Shown: piece by piece, positions 1-9,965 of the stretch
Layout: each line of letters opens with the position of its first letter
Position numbering within the stretch: position 1 is the first letter of the stretch
NCBI GenBank assembly: GCA_020025235.1
Contig: JAHHSL010000003.1
Location: forward strand, 12,263 to 76,262
DNA: 64,000 bases
Source: Ruthenibacterium sp.
GTDB taxonomy: Bacteria; Bacillota; Clostridia; Oscillospirales; Ruminococcaceae
Direction of reading: 5' to 3'
The notes under the pieces: model-generated
Told to the model about the DNA's origin: nothing
Database searches by the model: none
Seen by the model: only the letters and a program-made list of their open reading frames with translations
Position numbers and translations under genes: made by a program

Positions 1-2384
1 GCGCCGAGCCGGTGGGCGAAGCCGTGGTGCAGGCCGCACGCGAGGCGGCGCGCAAACGCGAAGAAGAAAAGCGTGCGGCAAGGGAAAAGGCGCAGGCGGA
101 ACGCAAAAAAGCAGAGGACACGACCGTAACCGGAAACAATATGTTCGGGGAAGTGGACGATCGTTTCCGCGATTTCTTCTCCTCCACGGTCATTGATGAC
201 CCGAAGCTGAACCCCGAAGCGCGCCGCAAGCGGGAAAAAGGCGGCTTCTGGGCAAATCTTTTCCCGAAAAAAGAAGAAGCTCCGCAGGAAAACGAGCCGG
301 AACCCGACACCGAGGGCACTTATTATGAATCGGCCATTGAGGACGGCTTCACCGGCGAATTCAACGCGATCAGCCCGGAACAGCTGAGCCGTCTGGGCAT
401 CCCGGTGCCCGAAGCACAGGAGCCGCAGCTGCAGCCCGCCGAGGATAAGAAAAAATCCGCGGCGCATACGCATACGGCGGCGTTCCTGGCGCGTTCGATC
501 ACAAAGGCCGATACCTTTGATTTTGAAACCGGCAGCCGCCGGAAAACGAAAAGCCTGGATTTCGATATCCCGCTGGACGGGGACGGAACCGGAGAATACG
601 AACCCATGCGCCGCAAGCCTGCACCGGGCGTTGATGCAGAGGAAGAGGCCATGGGCGAATACAACACGCTTTCCGACGCTCCGGTGGTGGAAAGCGAGCT
701 GGACGCTATGCGGCAGGGCAGGCTGCTGCGCACGGTGATTTCCTCGGTGCTGACGCTGATGCTGCTGTATCTCGGCTTTTCGGCGCGGGAAGGGGTCATC
801 CCGCCGATCGCGGCGCTTGACCCGCATACCAATCCGTTTACTTACCTTGCCACAAGCCTTGTGCTGCTGTGCCTGACGGCGTTCGGGTCGATGCCGATGA
901 TCGTATCCGGATTGCGGGAACTGTTCCGCAACCCCGGCGCGGACAGCTTTACCTCGCTTGCACTGGCGGGGGCTGTTATCCAGAACGCCGCATACCTTGT
1001 GAAGGCGCAGGCGTTCGATCCCGAAAAGGTGACGCTGTTTGCCCCGGCTGCGGCGCTGCTTTTGTGCGGCAATGCGCTGGCAAAATGGCTCAAGACCTGT
1101 GCGGTGTGCGAAAACTTTGCGCGGGCAAGCTCCGGTGAAGAGCATGCGGCGGCGTTCCTTCTGGAAAAGGATGCGCTTGCAAAGCAGCTGTGTGACGGTC
1201 TTGGTGAACGCGAGCCGCAGCTTCTTTTGAACCGCCCGACGGCACTGGTAAAGGGCTTTTTGCGCCAGAGCTTTTCGGTGCGTGCAGCGGACCGCATCAC
1301 CGTGTGCACGGCGATCCTTCTGGGCGCTTCGGCACTGGTGTGTGCCGTGATCGCCGGCGTGCAGGAAAAGGATGTTCTGGCGGCGCTGACGTGCTTTGCG
1401 GGAACGCTCTGCATCGCCGCCCCGTTTGCAGCCGCTCTGGTGCATGCACTGCCTGCATACTTTATGGAAAAGGCAACGGCAAAGTGCGGCGCCGTGGTGC
1501 CGGGCACAAGCGCAGTGGAAACGCTTGGAAGCGTCAACACGGTGCTGCTGAGTGCGCGTGAGCTGTTCCCGGTGGGCAGCGTGCGTCTGCACGGCATCAA
1601 AACCTTTGAAAAAGAGCGCATCGACGTTGCCATTACCTATGCGGCAAGCATCCTGCCGGTGCATTGCGAAACGCTGCGCACCGTCTTTATGGGGATCCTG
1701 GATAACAACGAAAAGCTGCTGCTCCCGGTGGAAAATGCGGCGACGGAGATCGGCTACGGCTTCAGCGGCTGGATCGAGCACCGCAGAGTGCTCATGGGCA
1801 GCCGCGAAATGATGAAGAACCACGATATCGAAGTTCCATCGCTGGATTACGAGAAAAAATACACCAAGGACGGCGAGCGCTGCCCGATTTATCTTGCCGT
1901 GTCCGGCAAGCTGTTCGGTATGTTCCTGGTGAGCTATCAGCCCGCAGAGCAGGCGGCGGAGATCATCGACAGTCTGGCGCAGAGCGGCATCAGCATCCTT
2001 GTCAAGGGCGAAGACTTCAACCTGACTTCGGAACTGGTGGCAAACTGCTACGGCATCCCGGAAAGCACCGTCAAGGTGCTGGGACAGCATGAGCAGGATG
2101 CGCTGGAAGAGGAGCTTGGCTACCGTCCGGAAAGCGAGGGCGTGATGATCCACAGCGGAACGTGCGAATCGTTCCTTGGCGGCATGCGAGCAGCGGCCTG
2201 TGCGGCGTCGTCGGAACGCATGGCGGGCTTCCTCGGTGCGGCGGCTGTGGCCCTGGGCGCGGGCATCAGCGTGGCACTGTGCATTTCGCATGGGCTTGCG
2301 GGGATCTCATTGGGAGCACTGCTGGTCTATCAGCTGATCTGGACCGGCGTGATCACCGCATCGCTGGTCATGAAAAAACCGTAA
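1..2384 (+). CDS. 5'-truncated membrane protein, degenerate P1B-type ATPase-like (no DKTGT, CPC, TGES or GDGIND motifs), with a long acidic N-terminal region
   Basis: The reading frame is open from the window edge. The TM pattern and the segment CIAAPFAAAL...GAVVPGTSAVETLGSVNTVLLSARELF align by eye with in-window CopA VISCPCALGL...GILIKSGDALETAHNVNAIVLDKTGTI. Confidence 0.65.
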   Translation, partial: AEPVGEAVVQAAREAARKREEEKRAAREKAQAERKKAEDTTVTGNNMFGEVDDRFRDFFSSTVIDDPKLNPEARRKREKGGFWANLFPKKEEAPQENEPEPDTEGTYYESAIEDGFTGEFNAISPEQLSRLGIPVPEAQEPQLQPAEDKKKSAAHTHTAAFLARSITKADTFDFETGSRRKTKSLDFDIPLDGDGTGEYEPMRRKPAPGVDAEEEAMGEYNTLSDAPVVESELDAMRQGRLLRTVISSVLTLMLLYLGFSAREGVIPPIAALDPHTNPFTYLATSLVLLCLTAFGSMPMIVSGLRELFRNPGADSFTSLALAGAVIQNAAYLVKAQAFDPEKVTLFAPAAALLLCGNALAKWLKTCAVCENFARASSGEEHAAAFLLEKDALAKQLCDGLGEREPQLLLNRPTALVKGFLRQSFSVRAADRITVCTAILLGASALVCAVIAGVQEKDVLAALTCFAGTLCIAAPFAAALVHALPAYFMEKATAKCGAVVPGTSAVETLGSVNTVLLSARELFPVGSVRLHGIKTFEKERIDVAITYAASILPVHCETLRTVFMGILDNNEKLLLPVENAATEIGYGFSGWIEHRRVLMGSREMMKNHDIEVPSLDYEKKYTKDGERCPIYLAVSGKLFGMFLVSYQPAEQAAEIIDSLAQSGISILVKGEDFNLTSELVANCYGIPESTVKVLGQHEQDALEEELGYRPESEGVMIHSGTCESFLGGMRAAACAASSERMAGFLGAAAVALGAGISVALCISHGLAGISLGALLVYQLIWTGVITASLVMKKP

Positions 2385-2478
2385 ACTGCCGGACAGGAGC
2401 AGGCAGAGCCAGTTATCGATCCAAATGACGACAGACGACGATCCCGTTTGATACGTGACGAAAGAAAGGACCCCTTAT

Positions 2479-2916
2479 ATGAAAATCAAGGAGTATCTGC
2501 GCAGCAGAATTGCCTTTTTGGCCAGTGTAATCGAAATCGCCATTTCCGCCATTGTTTTGATCGCAATCATCGTTGCAGGGATACAGGTCGTGGGCGAAGT
2601 GTTCTCGCTGACGAAAAACCCGGATGTGGACGAGGGCTTCAAGATGTTTCTCGGCCATGCATTCAACCTGATCATCGGTGTGGAATTTATCAAGATGCTT
2701 GCAAAGCATACGCCCGGTTCTGCGATCGAAGTGCTTTTGTACGCAATCGCACGTCAGATGGTTGTGGAGCATACCAGCCCCTTTGAAAACCTGATCGGAA
2801 TTGCGACGATCGCAATGATCTTTGCAATCCGCAAGTTCCTGTTCGTGCAGTCGTTCAGCGGTGAGGATGAAATCGCGCTGTTTGGCAAACTGACAGCAAA
2901 GGAACCGAACGAATAA
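2479..2916 (+). CDS. PsiE-like small membrane protein (phosphate-starvation-inducible family)
   Basis: RBS AAAGGA then ATG at 2479; hydrophobic helices; pattern IGVEFIKML...IEVLLYAIARQMVV. Confidence 0.65.
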   Translation: MKIKEYLRSRIAFLASVIEIAISAIVLIAIIVAGIQVVGEVFSLTKNPDVDEGFKMFLGHAFNLIIGVEFIKMLAKHTPGSAIEVLLYAIARQMVVEHTSPFENLIGIATIAMIFAIRKFLFVQSFSGEDEIALFGKLTAKEPNE

Positions 2917-2931
2917 CAGAAGAAAAGGCAG

Positions 2932-2968
2932 AACGCCGGATGCAGCAGGATGCATCCGGCGTTTTTTT
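2932..2968 (+). terminator. Rho-independent terminator
   Basis: AACGCCGGATGCA-gcagga-TGCATCCGGCGTT followed by a T run. Confidence 0.85.
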
Positions 2969-3104
2969 GTCCGCACAGGCACAGGGCGCAGATAAAGATA
3001 GAAAAACAGCACCCGGAGAAAAGCGCCCGAGGAAAGCGGTGCATGGGGAAAGCGCATACAGGGAAGGAAAGGTGTTCCCGGAAAAAATAATCGTGTGCGG
3101 CAGC

Positions 3105-3144
3105 AAAAAAACGGCGCAGCCCGTAGTTCGGGCTGCGCCGTTTT
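3105..3144 (-). terminator. Terminator downstream of secA, possibly bidirectional
   Basis: A7-CGGCGCAGCCCG-tagtt-CGGGCTGCGCCG-TTTT. Confidence 0.8.
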
Positions 3145-3200
3145 CATCCAATATTCTTTGAAAAAGCGGGCTGCTTTGTATGCAGCGAGCGGCGGATGCA

Positions 3201-5966
3201 TCAGGAACGCAGATATTTGTATTCCTCGCAGGTGCATTTCTTCACCTTCATGCCGCTGCCGCAGGGGCAAAGCTCGTTGCGGCCGACTTTCTTCACCTTG
3301 CGCGGCTGTGCTTTCACACTGCCGTCACCGCCGGCTTCGCTTGCGCCGCTTTCAGAGGTCGGCTTTGCGACCTGTGTGCGTTCCAGCGGGCGCTCGGCGC
3401 GGATCTCCATGGTCAGCAGCATGCGCGAAGTATCCTCGCGGATCGAATCGACCATGGCGTCAAACATGTTGAAGCCTTCCACACGGTATTCCACGACCGG
3501 ATCGTGCTGGCCGTAGCTGCGCAGATAGATGCCCTTGCGCAGTTCGTCCATGGCGTCGATGTGATCCATCCACTTGGTATCGACAACGCGCAGCAGGATC
3601 ACACGTTCAAATTCGCGCATCAGCGTGGTGCCGTAGCGCTTTTCCTTGTCGGCGCAAATGGCGTCGGCACGGTCGGTCAGCGTTTTGGTGATCTCCTCAG
3701 GTTTCAGCTCGGAAAGCTGTTCGGGCGAGAACTGGAAATCATTGGGCAGGGTAAGCCAGCCCAGATAGTAGTTGCGCAGACCGTTGATATCCCAGTCTTC
3801 GGGCAGTTCGCCGGAAAGATACAGCGCAGCGTTGGATGCGATGGAATCGTGGATCATGGAATGGATGCTTGCGGAAATATCCTTGTCCTGCAGCACGGTG
3901 TTGCGCTGGCCGTAGATGATTTCGCGCTGGCTGTTCATGACGTCGTCGAACTGGAGCACGTTTTTACGAATGGAGAAGTTGCGTGCTTCCAGCTTTTTCT
4001 GTGCGCTTTCGATCGTGCCGGTGATCATCTTGTTTTCGATCGGCATATCCTCTTCGGCGCCGATCGTATCCATAATGGCGGAAACGCGCTCGCCGCCGAA
4101 CAGGCGCATCAGGTCGTCCTCCAGGCTCAGGAAGAAGCGGCTTGCGCCGGGGTCGCCCTGACGGCCGGAACGTCCGCGCAGCTGGTTGTCGATGCGGCGG
4201 CTTTCGTGGCGTTCGGTGCCGATGATGAACAGACCGCCCGCTTCGCGCACCTCTTCGGCCTCCTGTGCGATTTCGGCCTTGTGCTTTGCTTCCAGCTCTG
4301 CATAGCGCTGGCGCACGGCGATGATCTCGGGATCCTCCGTCTCGGCGTGGCCGGTGCTTTCGATGATCAGCTCTTCAGAGAAGCCCTCGCGCGCCAAATC
4401 ACTTTTTGCCATGAATTCGGCGTTGCCGCCCAGGATGATATCGGTGCCGCGTCCCGCCATGTTGGTGGCGATTGTCACGGCGCCCTTTTTGCCGGCCTGT
4501 GCGATGATCGAGGCTTCCTTTTCGTGGTATTTTGCGTTCAGCACTTCATGCTTGATGCCGCGGCGCGCCAGCAGCTTGCTGAGTGTTTCGCTCTTTTCGA
4601 TCGAGATCGTGCCGACCAGAACCGGCTGGCCCTTCTGGTGACATTCCAGCACCTGTTCGATCACGGCGTCAAATTTCGCGCGTTCGGTCTTGTAGACCAC
4701 GTCGTTCAGATCCTTGCGGGCGACGGGGCGGTTGGTGGGAACTTCAACGATCTGCAGACCGTAGATCTCCTCAAATTCAGATGCTTCCGTCTGTGCGGTA
4801 CCCGTCATGCCGGAAAGCTTTTCGTACATGCGGAAGTAGTTCTGGAATGTAATGGTGGCAAGGGTGCGGCTTTCACCTGCGATCTTGACGCCTTCCTTAG
4901 CTTCGATCGCCTGATGCAGACCCTCGTTGTAGCGGCGGCCCATCATCAGTCGTCCGGTAAATTCATCCACGATGATGACTTCGCCGTCACGCACAACGTA
5001 ATCGACGTCGCGCTTCATAACGCCGCGCGCCTTGATCGCCTGATTGATGTGATGCTGAAGCGTCATGTTTTCGCCGTCGGAGAAGTTTTCGATGTTGAAA
5101 TACTTTTCCGCCTTGGCGATGCCGCTTGCGGTGAGGGTCGCCGTCTTTTTCTTTTCATCGACGACATAATCACCGGTGACCTGCTGATCCTGATCCTCTT
5201 TCGTATCCAGCTCCGTCACGACGGAAACCTTCAGCGTTTTGGCAAAGTTATCGGCAAGCTTGTACAGATCGCTGCCGTTATCCTGCCCGCCGCTGATGAT
5301 CAGCGGGGTGCGGGCTTCGTCGATGAGGATCGAGTCCACCTCGTCGACAATGGCGTAATAGTGGCCGCGCTGCACGGTGCGGTCGCGGTAGGTCGCCATG
5401 TTGTCGCGCAGGTAATCGAAGCCGAATTCATTGTTGGTGCCGTATGTGATATCAGCGGCATAGGCAGCCTTGCGGTCCTCCACACCGTGGATCACAAGCC
5501 CGACGGAAAGACCGAGGAAGCGGTACAGCTTGCCCATCCATTCGCTGTCGCGCTTGGCAAGGTAATCGTTGACGGTCACGACATGTACGCCGCGTCCTGT
5601 CAGGGCATTCAGATAGACCGGCAGCGTTGCAACCAGCGTTTTGCCTTCGCCCGTTTTCATTTCGGCGATGCAGCAGCGGTGCAGAACGATGCCGCCGATG
5701 ATCTGAACGGGGAAGTGCTTCATGCCCAGAACACGCCAGCTTGCCTCGCGGCAGACAGCGAATGCATCGGGCAGGATGTCATCGAGCGTTTCACCATCGG
5801 CAAGACGTTTTTTCAGTGCGGGCGTCATGGCCTGAAGCTCGGAATCGCTCATAGCCTGATACTTGGATTCCAGTGACAGAACCTGATCGGCAATGGGTTT
5901 TATTTTTTTCAGTTCCTTGGAGGAAAAGGAACCGAAAATCTTTTCAAAAAACGACAAATTATTCAC
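3201..5966 (-). CDS. secA: Preprotein translocase subunit SecA
   Basis: [57 protein letters not shown]-terminal SEC-C motif [14 protein letters not shown] start. Confidence 0.98.
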   Translation of the reverse strand: MNNLSFFEKIFGSFSSKELKKIKPIADQVLSLESKYQAMSDSELQAMTPALKKRLADGETLDDILPDAFAVCREASWRVLGMKHFPVQIIGGIVLHRCCIAEMKTGEGKTLVATLPVYLNALTGRGVHVVTVNDYLAKRDSEWMGKLYRFLGLSVGLVIHGVEDRKAAYAADITYGTNNEFGFDYLRDNMATYRDRTVQRGHYYAIVDEVDSILIDEARTPLIISGGQDNGSDLYKLADNFAKTLKVSVVTELDTKEDQDQQVTGDYVVDEKKKTATLTASGIAKAEKYFNIENFSDGENMTLQHHINQAIKARGVMKRDVDYVVRDGEVIIVDEFTGRLMMGRRYNEGLHQAIEAKEGVKIAGESRTLATITFQNYFRMYEKLSGMTGTAQTEASEFEEIYGLQIVEVPTNRPVARKDLNDVVYKTERAKFDAVIEQVLECHQKGQPVLVGTISIEKSETLSKLLARRGIKHEVLNAKYHEKEASIIAQAGKKGAVTIATNMAGRGTDIILGGNAEFMAKSDLAREGFSEELIIESTGHAETEDPEIIAVRQRYAELEAKHKAEIAQEAEEVREAGGLFIIGTERHESRRIDNQLRGRSGRQGDPGASRFFLSLEDDLMRLFGGERVSAIMDTIGAEEDMPIENKMITGTIESAQKKLEARNFSIRKNVLQFDDVMNSQREIIYGQRNTVLQDKDISASIHSMIHDSIASNAALYLSGELPEDWDINGLRNYYLGWLTLPNDFQFSPEQLSELKPEEITKTLTDRADAICADKEKRYGTTLMREFERVILLRVVDTKWMDHIDAMDELRKGIYLRSYGQHDPVVEYRVEGFNMFDAMVDSIREDTSRMLLTMEIRAERPLERTQVAKPTSESGASEAGGDGSVKAQPRKVKKVGRNELCPCGSGMKVKKCTCEEYKYLRS

Positions 5967-6285
5967 TCACCTTTCGCGCTGCGGGAAATCGCGGCACAAT
6001 TCCTTCTTATAATACTACTTTATAGAACAGGGTGTCAAACAGAATCCGTCGAAACGGCAAGAATAAGCTGAAAACAGACAAATTCCACCGCAAAAAAGGC
6101 GGTGCAGGGGGCAACAAAGCCTGAAAACGCCCGGGCGCACGGCGAAAAAGCGCCCGGCGTCGGACGCGGAAAGAAAAGAAAAGAGAAAACGGACATAAAA
6201 AATGAGACTGCGCACAGCGCAGCCCCACAGTTTTATTCACAAAGATCCCGCACCGGATGCGGGTGTTTTCGATGAAGGAGTAAAA

Positions 6286-6531
6286 TTACTTTTCACCGAA
6301 CATGTTGAAGCGGAAAAGCTTGCTTTCGTCTTCCTTATTTTCGCACAGGAGGGTAGCATTTGCGATGCTGCCGCCTTCGATCAACTTGGTAAAGCCGATC
6401 AGCTGGCAGAGTTTGCTTTTCAGATTCAGACGGTCGCCGTCAGGGGTAACCATGAAAACGTTGCCGGTGCAGGTTGCAAGGACTTCATTGAATTCCTTCA
6501 GATCGATATCATGCATGTCAACAGTTGCCAT
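6286..6531 (-). CDS. Small HPr-fold-like protein lacking the His15 motif
   Basis: 81 aa; RBS AAAGGAG; DRLNLKS resembles HPr KTVNLKS (Ser46); own sigma-A promoter. Confidence 0.6.
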   Translation of the reverse strand: MATVDMHDIDLKEFNEVLATCTGNVFMVTPDGDRLNLKSKLCQLIGFTKLIEGGSIANATLLCENKEDESKLFRFNMFGEK

Positions 6532-6623
6532 AATGTTATTCTCCTTTCAAAAATGAAAAACAGATTTTCAATTCATCTGTATGCGGAAGTTTAGCACACA
6601 ACACAAATTCTTCCAACAATCAT

Positions 6624-6651
6624 AGTATACCATGATATTGGGCAATGTCAA
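6624..6651 (-). promoter_or_regulatory. Sigma-A promoter for the HPr-like gene
   Basis: TTGACA-N16-TATACT with an extended TG on the minus strand. Confidence 0.7.
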
Positions 6652-6762
6652 CAATAATCATCAAAAAATTTTGTAATATGTAACAAGGATTTTGCCAAAA
6701 AATCCACATATTGAACAAAAGGCACGATAGAAGAAAAAGTTTTGATTTTCGTCCCGATACCC

Positions 6763-6791
6763 TTGAAAACAGATTTGGTTTTCTTTATAAT
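6763..6791 (+). promoter_or_regulatory. Sigma-A promoter for the IscU-like/GGGtGRT operon
   Basis: TTGAAA-N17-TATAAT. Confidence 0.7.
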
Positions 6792-6859
6792 ATAGGTAGT
6801 GTTGTGTCAACAATTTATCAATGTTACAAACGACATCACAAAAAGTAAGGAGCATCACT

Positions 6860-7552
6860 ATGACTTATACTCATGAAGTAGAACGTATGTGTCCGCTCAC
6901 GAAAGGCCCGAATCATGGGCCGGCCCCCATTCCGGAAGAGGGCCAGTGGGTAAAGGCATATCAGATTTCCGATATCAGCGGTCTGACGCATGGTGTCGGC
7001 TGGTGCGCACCGCAGCAGGGCGCCTGCAAACTGACGCTGAACGTCAAGAACGGCGTGATCGAAGAAGCTTTGGTGGAAACACTGGGCTGCTCCGGTATGA
7101 CGCATTCTGCTGCTATGGCAGGCGAGATCCTGCCCGGCAAGACCCTGCTTGAAGCACTGAACACCGACCTTGTGTGCGACGCAATCAACGTTGCAATGCG
7201 CGAACTGTTCCTGCAGATCGTATACGGCCGCACCCAGACTGCTTTCTCCGATGACGGTCTGCCCGTCGGCGCTGGCCTTGAAGACCTTGGCAAGGGCCTT
7301 CGCAGCATGACCGGCACCATTTTCTCCACGAAGCTGAAGGGTGTTCGTTATCTGGAACTGACCGAGGGCTACATCACCAAGGTCGCTCTGGATGAAAACA
7401 ACGAAGCAATCGGCTATCAGTTTGTCCGTCTGGGCAAAATGATGGAAGACATCCGCCACGGTGTTGATCCGAAGGAAGCATATGAAAAGAACATCGGCAC
7501 TTACGGCCGTTTCGCAAATGCTCCGAAGTATATCGACCCGCGCGAAGAGTAA
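6860..7552 (+). CDS. IscU/NifU-N-like Fe-S scaffold-type protein, partner of GGGtGRT
   Basis: RBS AAGGAG; Cys motifs GWCAPQQGACKLTL, GCSGMTHSA, TDLVCDAIN; directly upstream of the GGGtGRT gene. Confidence 0.8.
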   Translation: MTYTHEVERMCPLTKGPNHGPAPIPEEGQWVKAYQISDISGLTHGVGWCAPQQGACKLTLNVKNGVIEEALVETLGCSGMTHSAAMAGEILPGKTLLEALNTDLVCDAINVAMRELFLQIVYGRTQTAFSDDGLPVGAGLEDLGKGLRSMTGTIFSTKLKGVRYLELTEGYITKVALDENNEAIGYQFVRLGKMMEDIRHGVDPKEAYEKNIGTYGRFANAPKYIDPREE

Positions 7553-7570
7553 GAGAGGAGGAGAAGAATA

Positions 7571-8563
7571 ATGGCTAAATTTGAGAACCAAGAACGCCGC
7601 ATGCCGAAAATCGAGGCATGCCTGAAGGCAAACGGCCTGGAATCCCTGGACGCATGCCGTGAGATGCTCCTCTCCAAGGGTATCGACGTAGACGCAATCG
7701 TCAAGGGCGTGCAGCCCATCTGCTTTGAAAACGCTGTCTGGGCTTATACGCTCGGCACCGCGATCGCTGTAAAGCGCGGCATCAAGAATGCTGCTGACTG
7801 TGCAGCGGCAATCGGCGAAGGCCTGGAAGCTTTCACCGTACCCGGCTCTGTTGCAGAACAGCGCGCTGTCGGCCTGGGCCACGGCAACCTCGGCGCAATG
7901 CTGCTGCGTGACGAAACCAAATGCTTTGCATTCCTGGCAGGCCACGAAAGCTTTGCAGCTGCAGAAGGCGCAATCGGCATCGCACGCACCGCAAACAAGG
8001 CGCGTAAAGAGCCGCTCCGCGTTATCCTGAACGGCCTTGGCAAGGATGCGGCTTACATCATCAGCCGTATCAACGGCTTTACCTATGTAAAGACCGATTT
8101 CGACTTCAAGACCGGCGAACTGCACATCCTGGAAGAGCGTCCGTTCTCTGACGGCGAGCGCGCAGCAGTTAAGTGCTACGGCGCAAACGACGTTCTGGAA
8201 GGCGTTGCGATCATGAAGCACGAGGGCGTTGAAGTTTCCATCACCGGCAACTCCACCAACCCCACCCGCTTCCAGCACCCCGTTGCAGGCACCTACAAAA
8301 AGTGGGCGATCGAAAACGGCAAGAAGTATTTCTCCGTTGCTTCCGGCGGCGGCACGGGCCGTACCCTGCATCCGGACAACGTGGCTGCAGGCCCCGCTTC
8401 TTACGGCCTGACGGATACCATGGGCCGTATGCACAGCGACGCTCAGTTTGCAGGTTCCTCCAGCGTTCCCGCACACGTTGAGATGATGGGTCTCATCGGC
8501 ATGGGCAACAACCCCATGGTCGGTGCAACCGTTGCATGTGCTGTTGCAGCAAGCCAGGTCTGA
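7571..8563 (+). CDS. GGGtGRT family protein (function unknown)
   Basis: Signature VASGGGTGRTLHPDN; FLAGHESFAAAEGAIGIA; strong RBS GGAGGAG. Confidence 0.92.
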   Translation: MAKFENQERRMPKIEACLKANGLESLDACREMLLSKGIDVDAIVKGVQPICFENAVWAYTLGTAIAVKRGIKNAADCAAAIGEGLEAFTVPGSVAEQRAVGLGHGNLGAMLLRDETKCFAFLAGHESFAAAEGAIGIARTANKARKEPLRVILNGLGKDAAYIISRINGFTYVKTDFDFKTGELHILEERPFSDGERAAVKCYGANDVLEGVAIMKHEGVEVSITGNSTNPTRFQHPVAGTYKKWAIENGKKYFSVASGGGTGRTLHPDNVAAGPASYGLTDTMGRMHSDAQFAGSSSVPAHVEMMGLIGMGNNPMVGATVACAVAASQV

Positions 8564-8594
8564 TCCTGCGTCTGCATTACAGAAAGCTTTGATG

Positions 8595-8627
8595 AAACAG
8601 CCGCTCCGCATGGGGCGGCTGTTTTTT
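8595..8627 (+). terminator. Rho-independent terminator
   Basis: AAACAGCCGCTCC-gcat-GGGGCGGCTGTTT followed by a T run. Confidence 0.8.
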
Positions 8628-8888
8628 GCAGTACGGGCGGGACGCCCGGCACGGAATACGGCAGGCGGCTATGTGCTGAATATGCATAATGCATTGCATA
8701 ATGTATATTTTTGCAAAAGCATACAGCCGTAGAAAGGTGGGGCACAGTCCAAATGCGGTAAATAACCTTTTTTATGATGTTTCTAAATGGCGAAAACACG
8801 GGCTTATCGGTGGAATAGCTGAAAAAGAAATACAAAATCATACAATGATGTGCAAAACGTAAAAATAAGTAAATATTCAAAAAATGAC

Positions 8889-8917
8889 TTGACTTTGTAT
8901 ATTTATGCATGTATACT
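8889..8917 (+). promoter_or_regulatory. Sigma-A promoter with an ARG-box-like operator in its spacer
   Basis: TTGACT-N17-TATACT; TGTAT-ATTT-ATGCA at 8896-8909; near-identical copy TGTAT-ATTT-TTGCA at 8702-8715. Confidence 0.65.
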
Positions 8918-8987
8918 AAGAATCACAGAAAGCAAAACACAAACACGCATTTCGTAACAGATTTTGTATATGAGGAGAGAAAACATC

Positions 8988-9878
8988 ATGAAAAAGATTA
9001 CAGCATTGATTATGTCCATGCTCATGGCAATGAGCCTTGCAGCCTGCGGCGGCGCCGCAAGCGAAAGCACTGCTTCCGGTGAAAGCAGCGCAGCACCGGA
9101 ATCGTCTGCGGCTTCCGGCTCGGAAATCAAAATGGAAGGCGGCAAGGTAGAGGAACACAGCCTTGAAGCAATCAAGCAGAAGGGCAAGCTTGTCGTCACG
9201 ACCGAAGCCGGATATGCACCGTTTGAATTCCTGGATGAAAACGACAACATCATCGGTCTGGATGCCGAGCTTGCAAAGAAGCTTGCCGAAGACCTCGGTG
9301 TAGAGCTTGACATGCAGAACATCGCATTTGATTCCGTCGTGCCCGAAGTTCAGGCCGGCAATGCGGATATGGCGATCGCAGGCCTTACGCCCGACGCAGA
9401 AAAGAAAAAGAGCGTCGATATGAGCGACATCTACTATGCAGGCGGTCACTGCATGCTGGTTCTGGAAGAAAATGCCGACGTGTATGTGGATGCACAATCC
9501 CTGAAGGGACAGGTCATCGCAACGCAGAAAGCAGCTGTTCAGGAAAAGATGATCGCAGAGCAGTACCCGGATTCCGAAGCACTGCTTCTGCCGGATTTCC
9601 CGCAGTGCGTTGCAAACCTCAAGACGGGCGCATGCGCAGCCGTCATGCTGGATACCACCAGTGCAGAACAGTACATGAAGAACATCGAAGGCCTTGCAAT
9701 CAGCAAAGCACCGGTTGCATCTGATGAAGGCGAAGAAGGCAATGCAGTGGCTGTTATGAAAGGCAACGAAGAGCTGCTTGCATGGGTAAATGAAAAAATT
9801 TCCGAATACAAAGAGGCTGGTCTGATCAGCGAATGGTTTGAACAGGCCAAAGAACAGGCAGGCAAAATGGGCATCTAA
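8988..9878 (+). CDS. Polar amino-acid ABC transporter substrate-binding lipoprotein
   Basis: Lipobox LAAC; Ser/Ala linker; TEAGYAPFEF, GLDAELAKKLAEDLGVEL. Confidence 0.92.
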   Translation: MKKITALIMSMLMAMSLAACGGAASESTASGESSAAPESSAASGSEIKMEGGKVEEHSLEAIKQKGKLVVTTEAGYAPFEFLDENDNIIGLDAELAKKLAEDLGVELDMQNIAFDSVVPEVQAGNADMAIAGLTPDAEKKKSVDMSDIYYAGGHCMLVLEENADVYVDAQSLKGQVIATQKAAVQEKMIAEQYPDSEALLLPDFPQCVANLKTGACAAVMLDTTSAEQYMKNIEGLAISKAPVASDEGEEGNAVAVMKGNEELLAWVNEKISEYKEAGLISEWFEQAKEQAGKMGI

Positions 9879-9965
9879 GCCAAAAGCTTCGGCACAGTTT
9901 ATAAGACACGCGGCAGGGAGGATCTCTGCCGCGGTCTTTCGTGTTTTCCGATAAGGGAGGATATT

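Noticed and set aside
3180..5876. 898-aa plus-strand ORF, and similar long antisense ORFs (6836-8611, 20862-23201, 37987-40155, 47564-51625, 61671-63686)
   Set aside because: Shadow frames opposite well-supported genes, expected from GC-rich codon bias; no recognisable motifs or RBS
6660..6845. Rex operator upstream of the GGGtGRT operon (TTGTAATATGTAACAA)
   Set aside because: It is 2 bp shorter than the 18-bp Rex palindrome and lies in AT-rich DNA where chance matches are likely
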